A stretch of 36,666 nt of DNA from positions 1 through 36,666 of the IMG/VR virus record IMGVR_UViG_3300005077_000057; one strand, 5' to 3'. Shown in pieces: positions 32,479-36,666 of this stretch (positions within the stretch are counted from its first letter, which is position 1; every line of letters starts with the position of its first letter). The notes under the pieces are model-generated. The model saw only the letters and a list, made by a program, of their open reading frames with translations, was not told where the DNA came from and ran no database searches. This DNA is from a virus. The translations under genes were made by a program, and so were the position numbers.

Positions 32479-32507
32479 ATTATACCACAATCAGCTCGTT
32501 TTGTCAA
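32479..32507 (-). promoter_or_regulatory. Consensus extended -10 sigma70 promoter upstream of the 3D-domain gene.
   Basis: Minus strand reads TTGACA (32507-32502), a 17-nt spacer, then TGgTATAAT (32487-32479). It shares the 14-mer TGTGGTATAATATA with the ncRNA promoter. Confidence 0.65.
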
Positions 32508-32655
32508 TAGGTATGCCTGTGGATAATTTTCTGCGGTTTTCTTCCCTTTGTTTAGCCATTTTCTTAAAGTATTCTACGCCATACTTCTCTTTGGTGGCAT
32601 TTCCCCCTCTTCTGCCGAACTCTTGCATTAGTTTTTTGATGTCTTCTTGTTTCAT
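32491..32655 (-). CDS. Small basic protein (54 aa).
   Basis: Start taken at ATG 32655 (MKQEDIKKLMQEFGRRGGNATKEKYGVEYFKKMAKQ...), 4 nt after the upstream stop. The GG..T..KYG..YF pattern is loosely KGG-repeat-like. Confidence 0.4.
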   Translation of the reverse strand: MKQEDIKKLMQEFGRRGGNATKEKYGVEYFKKMAKQREENRRKLSTGIPIDKTS

Positions 32656-32659
32656 ATTA

Positions 32660-32911
32660 TTAAGTAAATATTTCTTCACATTCTTTTATTTTTTCTAATA
32701 TCTTTGCCTCAACTTGACGAACACGCTCTCTGGTCACGCCAAACTCTTTTCCAACTTCTGCCAAACTATGAGTAATACCATCTTTTAAGCCAAAACGCAT
32801 TTCTAATACTGCCCTTTCTCGGATAGACAACAAACTTATGGCGGTTTCTATTTTTGTTTTTTTTTCTTCGCTAAAAGAAATACTATTCCAAATCTTATCT
32901 ATGTTTTTCAT
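32660..32911 (-). CDS. Stand-alone sigma70 region-4 (4.1-4.2) domain protein.
   Basis: [49 protein letters not shown] aligns by eye almost position-for-position with the primary-sigma region 4 consensus (L..RE..VL.MRFGL......TLEEVG..F.VTRERIRQIEAKALRKLR). Only 83 aa, with no regions 1-3. Confidence 0.75.
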   Translation of the reverse strand: MKNIDKIWNSISFSEEKKTKIETAISLLSIRERAVLEMRFGLKDGITHSLAEVGKEFGVTRERVRQVEAKILEKIKECEEIFT

Positions 32912-32912
32912 A

Positions 32913-33017
32913 TTATTTAATTATTTTACCGCTTTCATCTACTTCAAAGGTTTTGTAATAAGTTTTTTCCCAACCATAATCAACTTTATCCTTTTTTATT
33001 TCTTTTTTGTTGAACAT
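32913..33017 (-). CDS. Small hypothetical protein (34 aa).
   Basis: Hand-translated [34 protein letters not shown]. It fills the gap between neighbouring genes. Confidence 0.25.
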   Translation of the reverse strand: MFNKKEIKKDKVDYGWEKTYYKTFEVDESGKIIK

Positions 33018-33018
33018 A

Positions 33019-33369
33019 TTATTTATTAGGTAAGTAATCTTTTATTTCCGCTATCTTTTTTTCAATCCACCCCTTATAAAACTCGTCAAAAGTTTGTTTC
33101 TTGTTAGTATTCTCGCTCCAATAAACATACAGCGTGCTTCTTAATCTCTGTGACGGGCTTTTATCCCCCTTGAACTCTGGTGCTGGCTCGTTCGGTATCT
33201 CTACATTTTCATCGGGATTGGTTGAGAACGCAAACCAACCGAAGTTTTGGTGTAAGTCCATTAGTTGTGATGCTTGGGCTGTGGTAAGTTCTTGAGTGTC
33301 TATCTGTATTCGCCAACTCTTATCGGCAAGAGTGCGCAGGTTTTGGATTGTGGCTGGAAGTAGAAGCAT
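33019..33369 (-). CDS. Hypothetical replication-module protein.
   Basis: Start taken at ATG 33369, 1 nt after the SSB stop. Contains ...KSPSQRLRSTLYVYWSEN...FDEFYKGWIEKKIAEIKDYL. Family not identified. Confidence 0.45.
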   Translation of the reverse strand: MLLLPATIQNLRTLADKSWRIQIDTQELTTAQASQLMDLHQNFGWFAFSTNPDENVEIPNEPAPEFKGDKSPSQRLRSTLYVYWSENTNKKQTFDEFYKGWIEKKIAEIKDYLPNK

Positions 33370-33370
33370 A

Positions 33371-33811
33371 TTAAAAAGGTATCTCATCAACGGAAACTTG
33401 TTCATTTACAATATCACCCGCAGCCGATGGTTTCTTGAAATCTTGGCTGATTGGCATATAGATAGGATTTATCCAGTATCGTATCTCTTTTCCTGTTTGT
33501 CCGTTGGTTTTTACTTGAAAATCTATCTCGGTATAGGGTTTTCCTAAATCAAATGCTGATAATAGGCATTGTGAAAACTGGTTTGAGGATAATTGGAGCA
33601 TTCTCGGCTGTCCGGATACTTCTGGCCCGAATTGTTGCGAACTGATAACTGACACCTCAAAGGTATATACTGGGCTTAATCCGGCCATAGGCGTATCTGA
33701 ATTGATATACTTCTTTTGCTCGTCATCCCACTTTTGGTATTTTTTGCTGGCGAACTTTGATATTCTGAACGCCTGAACCTCTTTTAATTTAATGTATTCC
33801 ATATTATACAT
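33371..33811 (-). CDS. ssb: Putative single-stranded DNA-binding protein.
   Basis: 146 aa ending in ...NEQVSVDEIPF, which mimics the bacterial SSB acidic tip (DDDIPF). Lies in the replication module. Confidence 0.5.
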   Translation of the reverse strand: MYNMEYIKLKEVQAFRISKFASKKYQKWDDEQKKYINSDTPMAGLSPVYTFEVSVISSQQFGPEVSGQPRMLQLSSNQFSQCLLSAFDLGKPYTEIDFQVKTNGQTGKEIRYWINPIYMPISQDFKKPSAAGDIVNEQVSVDEIPF

Positions 33812-33920
33812 TTATGGTTTTATTAACTCTGATTATGTTGCGCGCAAGTTCAAGGGTTTGCTCTTTATGGAGTTCCCATTGCTCTTTGGACAAGGCCAAG
33901 CTATCGTTTTTGTCCATCAT
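33804..33920 (-). CDS. Small hypothetical protein (38 aa).
   Basis: Hand-translated MMDKNDSLALSKEQWELHKEQTLELARNIIRVNKTINV. It overlaps the SSB start by 8 nt. Confidence 0.25.
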   Translation of the reverse strand: MMDKNDSLALSKEQWELHKEQTLELARNIIRVNKTINV

Positions 33921-33924
33921 TGCC

Positions 33925-34140
33925 TTATACACTACTTGGCTTAATATCTCTATGGTTCTCTGGTCCATATAATAAAAAGTTATCTAACCAAATACAATGT
34001 GGATTTTCCGCGTCTATTTTTTTGTATTGGTCAATTAAATAAGTAAATATTTTTTTGAAATCACCATCGTTTGCCCGGATAAGCATAAATATCTCCGCCA
34101 AAGCATCTCTTTTGCCCAGATTGTAAGATGTGGTATCCAT
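33925..34140 (-). CDS. Hypothetical protein.
   Basis: 71-aa ORF, co-oriented. Confidence 0.4.
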   Translation of the reverse strand: MDTTSYNLGKRDALAEIFMLIRANDGDFKKIFTYLIDQYKKIDAENPHCIWLDNFLLYGPENHRDIKPSSV

Positions 34141-34150
34141 ATTTAATGGA

Positions 34151-34399
34151 TTATTGATTTATATTGATATTCTGATATTTATCAAGCGGTTGAAACTTAT
34201 CATCAATCTTTATCATACAACCAGTCAAAAACTCATAACGGCTCTCTAATCCCATTACATTTGCCATTCTTCCACAACTGCGTTTATCAAGAAAATAGAA
34301 AGGAATTAAAACTGACAACATAATCATAAATAAAGCCACTATTCCAACTAATACTATTTTAAACAATTCAATGTAATCGTCTTTATCAAACATACTCAT
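34151..34399 (-). CDS. Membrane protein.
   Basis: 82 aa with one strong TM segment (IVLVGIVALFMIMLSVLIPFYF). Confidence 0.45.
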   Translation of the reverse strand: MSMFDKDDYIELFKIVLVGIVALFMIMLSVLIPFYFLDKRSCGRMANVMGLESRYEFLTGCMIKIDDKFQPLDKYQNININQ

Positions 34400-34403
34400 A
34401 TAT

Positions 34404-34565
34404 TTATTGATTATTGATTATTCGTCTTAAACTTTTAACAAATCGTTTTTGTAAATCACTTCTGCTGTGCCAAAGATAATAGTCCATTTCTTTTTCTGCT
34501 ATTTTGCATAAACGATACGCAATTTGCTTTATTCTTTTGTCTTTATTTTTATCTTTTTTGGTCAT
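34404..34565 (-). CDS. Small basic protein (53 aa).
   Basis: Hand-translated MTKKDKNKDKRIKQIAYRLCKIAEKEMDYYLWHSRSDLQKRFVKSLRRIINNQ. ATGA-coupled to the upstream gene. Confidence 0.35.
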   Translation of the reverse strand: MTKKDKNKDKRIKQIAYRLCKIAEKEMDYYLWHSRSDLQKRFVKSLRRIINNQ

Positions 34566-34789
34566 ATGATTATTGATTTAGGTTTTCCTGTTATATCTCG
34601 CAACTCCTCTTTCCAAAAGCTACACTCGCAACCGCTATCCTGTGAGGCGTGGCAGTCGTGATTTGCTATCATATCTTGAAGTTCTGCAACCCTGTCTTTT
34701 AGTAAATCGTATTCTATATCTGGGTCGCAAGTTGCTACGCCTTTTGCTACTGCGGATAATGTTTCCGCCATATAGGTATTATAGTCCAT
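34562..34789 (-). CDS. Hypothetical acidic Cys/His-containing protein.
   Basis: 75-aa ORF (…HDCHASQDSGCECSFW…). Confidence 0.4.
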   Translation of the reverse strand: MDYNTYMAETLSAVAKGVATCDPDIEYDLLKDRVAELQDMIANHDCHASQDSGCECSFWKEELRDITGKPKSIII

Positions 34790-35029
34790 ATTATTTATTG
34801 GTTAATATTGAAAGTAATTTAAGAATAGAAAATAATAATAGAATTATACCGACACTTATTAAAAACCCAACCATCGTGGAAAAAAAATGTATTTTCAAAA
34901 AATCAATAGTTCTAATAAAGTTAACGATGTCACATTGACATATTTGTTGTGAACCAACTTGCTCACATATATATTCATAACATCCACCAGAACCTTACCC
35001 GAGAAAAAACCCACCAAAATTTGTCATAA

Positions 35030-35197
35030 TTATTTATTTAATTCAATTTTTTTCCACGAAAATTCTCTACTATTCCAACCCCCCAAGAGATAAGAATCTC
35101 CATTATCATCTACGGCGATTGTTTGGGCGACTTCTTCATCTCCGCTTATATTACCTCTGGTCTTGATTTTTATTTGATAAATATCTTTTATTTTCAT
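35030..35197 (-). CDS. Small hypothetical protein (55 aa).
   Basis: Hand-translated MKIKDIYQIKIKTRGNISGDEEVAQTIAVDDNGDSYLLGGWNSREFSWKKIELNK. Preceded by the conserved 20-nt leader. Confidence 0.35.
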   Translation of the reverse strand: MKIKDIYQIKIKTRGNISGDEEVAQTIAVDDNGDSYLLGGWNSREFSWKKIELNK

Positions 35198-35301
35198 ATA
35201 TTATTTAAGTGAGTATTAAATTATCCCTTCCGGGAGGGCGGTTTTAAGTGTCGCCCAGCACTCTCGCTTTCCAGCAGTTCCGTTGAAAAGCGTGGAACTG
35301 C

Positions 35302-35691
35302 TTATTCACCGTATTCTTTTACAATTCGCTCACACAAGGCAAGCAGTTTTGCTCTTGCCTCCGCTTCATCCTTTGAAAGATATTCTTGGGCTTCATCAAT
35401 ATCTTCTTCGTCTTCTGGTTCTTCACCATAATTTTCCCAGTTTTCATAACAATCTTCCAAATCTTGAAGTGTATTATGAAACCTACAATAACTCATATTC
35501 ATATTATTTACATTAAATAAGTAATTGAGTTCACCGCTTCCACCAATGTTTCGGGTTTTCATTACTTGTGTATAGTCCGAAAGTTGAAAGGTTGTAGTGA
35601 ACTCTGATATTACTATATCATATTGCGAGCAGGTTGTCAATAGTGAACTGGGGATAACTTTTACAGCAGTTTTGCTTGATTTGGTTGCCAC
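35302..35691 (-). CDS. Hypothetical acidic protein; start uncertain.
   Basis: 129-aa track ORF. A promoter-like element at 35612-35640 lies inside it, so the ATG at 35562 (MKTRNIGGSGE..., 86 aa) is an alternative start. The C-terminus is very acidic (EEPEDEEDIDEAQE). Confidence 0.45.
   Translation of the reverse strand: MATKSSKTAVKVIPSSLLTTCSQYDIVISEFTTTFQLSDYTQVMKTRNIGGSGELNYLFNVNNMNMSYCRFHNTLQDLEDCYENWENYGEEPEDEEDIDEAQEYLSKDEAEARAKLLALCERIVKEYGE
35612..35640 (-). promoter_or_regulatory. Candidate extended -10 sigma70 promoter.
   Basis: Minus strand reads TTGACA (35640-35635), a 17-nt spacer, then TGaTATAGT (35620-35612). Confidence 0.4.
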
Positions 35692-35906
35692 TTGTAGTAG
35701 ATAAGCCGGTAATCGTCTCCGCCGTTTCTGTCTTGATAGGGGCCGGTAATCTGCTCAATCTGGGTTTCTAAAAAGTGCGGGGTTAAAACCATTTTTTGTT
35801 TGCGGTGTTCAATAACCAACTCCTCTTTGTTGCGCAAACATTCAAGCACAAACTTCTCGGCTACTGCTATTTGTCCTTGCCATAGGGTTTTAACTTGTTT
35901 GTTCAT
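35661..35906 (-). CDS. Hypothetical protein.
   Basis: 81-aa ORF, co-oriented. Confidence 0.45.
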   Translation of the reverse strand: MNKQVKTLWQGQIAVAEKFVLECLRNKEELVIEHRKQKMVLTPHFLETQIEQITGPYQDRNGGDDYRLIYYKWQPNQAKLL

Positions 35907-35907
35907 A

Positions 35908-36312
35908 TTATCTGTATCTACTTATTTTGCTAATACGATAATCCACGCCAGCTTTCATAAGCTCTTCCCATTTTTTTTGCGCCTCGTCTGTTGTTCTGCC
36001 CTGTTCGTGGCGGTATCGGAAAAACCCTTCTTTCGTCTGCTCTTTGGCTTTTTCAGTTGGCTTTCTTATTTGCTCGCTTCCTTTGTCGCCATAAATATCT
36101 TCAAACTGATTATAACTATCGGCTGGTTTGCGGTCTGGATATTGTTCATAATAATCTTTTTCTGTCAGCACCTTTGAGATAGACGAAAAATTGTATTTTG
36201 TGCCGTTGATTTCTACGCCCTTTAATCCTTCACAGGATTTATCCCAAATTATCTGCGCTGTTTTGTCATCAACGGAATTATATGATTTGTCGTGATAAAT
36301 TATGTAGTGCAT
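35908..36312 (-). CDS. Hypothetical protein.
   Basis: 134-aa ORF directly downstream of the replisome organizer. Confidence 0.5.
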   Translation of the reverse strand: MHYIIYHDKSYNSVDDKTAQIIWDKSCEGLKGVEINGTKYNFSSISKVLTEKDYYEQYPDRKPADSYNQFEDIYGDKGSEQIRKPTEKAKEQTKEGFFRYRHEQGRTTDEAQKKWEELMKAGVDYRISKISRYR

Positions 36313-36313
36313 A

Positions 36314-36666
36314 TTAAATAGTTATTTTCTCATAAAGAGATTTGTTAGGTTTGTTCCAATTTTTTGAGGCCCAAGTAATCAGCCGCTTCTTTACATCAAA
36401 CACCCGTTGCATTTGCCAGAGTTCTTTTTTGCCGTTGTGATTCTTCTGTGTCCAGTAATTGAGAAAGGCATTTATCAGTTCATCATCATACTGTTCCTTA
36501 AATGGAATTATCAACTCTTCAAGGGATGGCGAGCTTGCCTCGCCCTCTTTCTCTTTATCTTTATCTTTATCTATATCTATATCTATATCTTTGTTATCGG
36601 GTATAGATAGGGTATGTATAGGGTATATCTTTTTTAGTATTTTGGCTGGAATTAGCGATTTTTCCT
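36314..36666 (-). CDS. Replisome organizer, C-terminal part (continuation of 1..409 across the junction).
   Basis: The track ORF 36314..36514 begins at a TTG that is in frame with the upstream reading frame: ...DIDIDIDKDKDKEKEGEASSPSLEELIIPFKEQYDDELINAFLNYWTQKNHNGKKELWQMQRVFDVKKRLITWASKNW... No stop occurs between 36514 and the window end. Confidence 0.6.
   Translation of the reverse strand, partial: EKSLIPAKILKKIYPIHTLSIPDNKDIDIDIDKDKDKEKEGEASSPSLEELIIPFKEQYDDELINAFLNYWTQKNHNGKKELWQMQRVFDVKKRLITWASKNWNKPNKSLYEKITI
36568..36666. repeat. Terminal overlap, copy 2 of 2 (identical to 1..99).
   Basis: Exact 99-nt identity with the window start. Confidence 0.95.

Noticed and set aside
34791-34874. 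27-aa hydrophobic ORF (MVGFLISVGIILLLFSILKLLSILTNK) ending 1 nt before the next gene.
   Set aside because: It is too short and too low in complexity to call without conservation or ribosome-profiling evidence. It is noted as a possible micro-membrane peptide only.
34927-34941. Palindrome ATGTCA-atg-TGACAT in the ORF-poor stretch 34875-35029; possible operator.
   Set aside because: A 6-bp inverted repeat is expected by chance in an AT-rich 36-kb sequence. There is no second copy and no adjacent repressor gene, so it is left unannotated.
35215-35301. Possible tRNA in the G/C-rich intergenic gaps (also 420-530 and 29400-29500).
   Set aside because: No acceptor, D, anticodon and T-arm arrangement or GTTCRANYC-type T-loop could be fitted on either strand. 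tRNAscan-SE would be the decisive check.
1-36666. Lysogeny module (integrase, repressor/Cro switch, attP) or a bacterial defence island.
   Set aside because: Reading all ORF translations, I found no tyrosine or serine recombinase motifs, no excisionase and no obvious CI/Cro pair. The whole window is phage-like with no host flanks. A sensitive HMM search could still reveal a divergent regulator among the small early ORFs.

Overview
The window appears to be one complete, circularly closed dsDNA phage genome. Bases 1-99 are identical to 36568-36666, so the unique length is 36,567 bp. One gene, a DnaD-like replisome organizer, reads across that junction.

Every convincing gene except one tiny ORF lies on the minus strand, tightly packed with many ATGA/GTGA stop-start overlaps. 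In transcription order (descending coordinates):
- **Start of the early operon:** a consensus sigma70 promoter at 554-582 drives a small ORF and the replisome organizer, which contains candidate iterons.
- **Early/replication module (36312 to 29515):** many small ORFs, an SSB with a DEIPF tail, a stand-alone sigma70 region-4 protein, a membrane-anchored 3D-domain protein, a C5 cytosine methyltransferase and a NinG/Rap-like protein.
- **Non-coding locus (about 29111-29496):** roughly 385 nt, visibly structured and fronted by a perfect extended -10 promoter.
- **Packaging and head genes:** TerS, a DNA-methyltransferase-like protein with no detectable DPPY motif, TerL, portal, scaffold and major capsid.
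- **Sugar island:** eight co-oriented, mostly overlapping genes at 15267-21414 (seven sugar-biosynthesis or glycosyltransferase genes plus one C2H2 zinc-finger ORF).
- **Free-standing HNH endonuclease (14690-15256).**
- **Tail and fibre genes:** an adaptor-like protein, a GT2-TPR glycosyltransferase, a collagen-like G-x-T fibre, a LamG fibre, a 600-aa nozzle-like protein, a CHAP-domain protein and a 913-aa protein with tandem ADP-ribosyltransferase-like motifs.
- **Shine-Dalgarno island (1945-3514):** a metallophosphoesterase plus four coupled zinc-ribbon proteins.
- **Lysis cassette:** a HAD phosphatase, a small TM protein, an M23 peptidase and a holin-like protein, ending in an intrinsic terminator at 586-611.

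I recognised no integrase, tRNA, rRNA, CRISPR array, DNA polymerase, helicase or primase. The podovirus-like assignment is inference only: I saw no tape-measure, sheath or tube genes, and there are two large internal-protein-like genes.

All functional calls rest on motifs read by eye from the translations. No database search was run.
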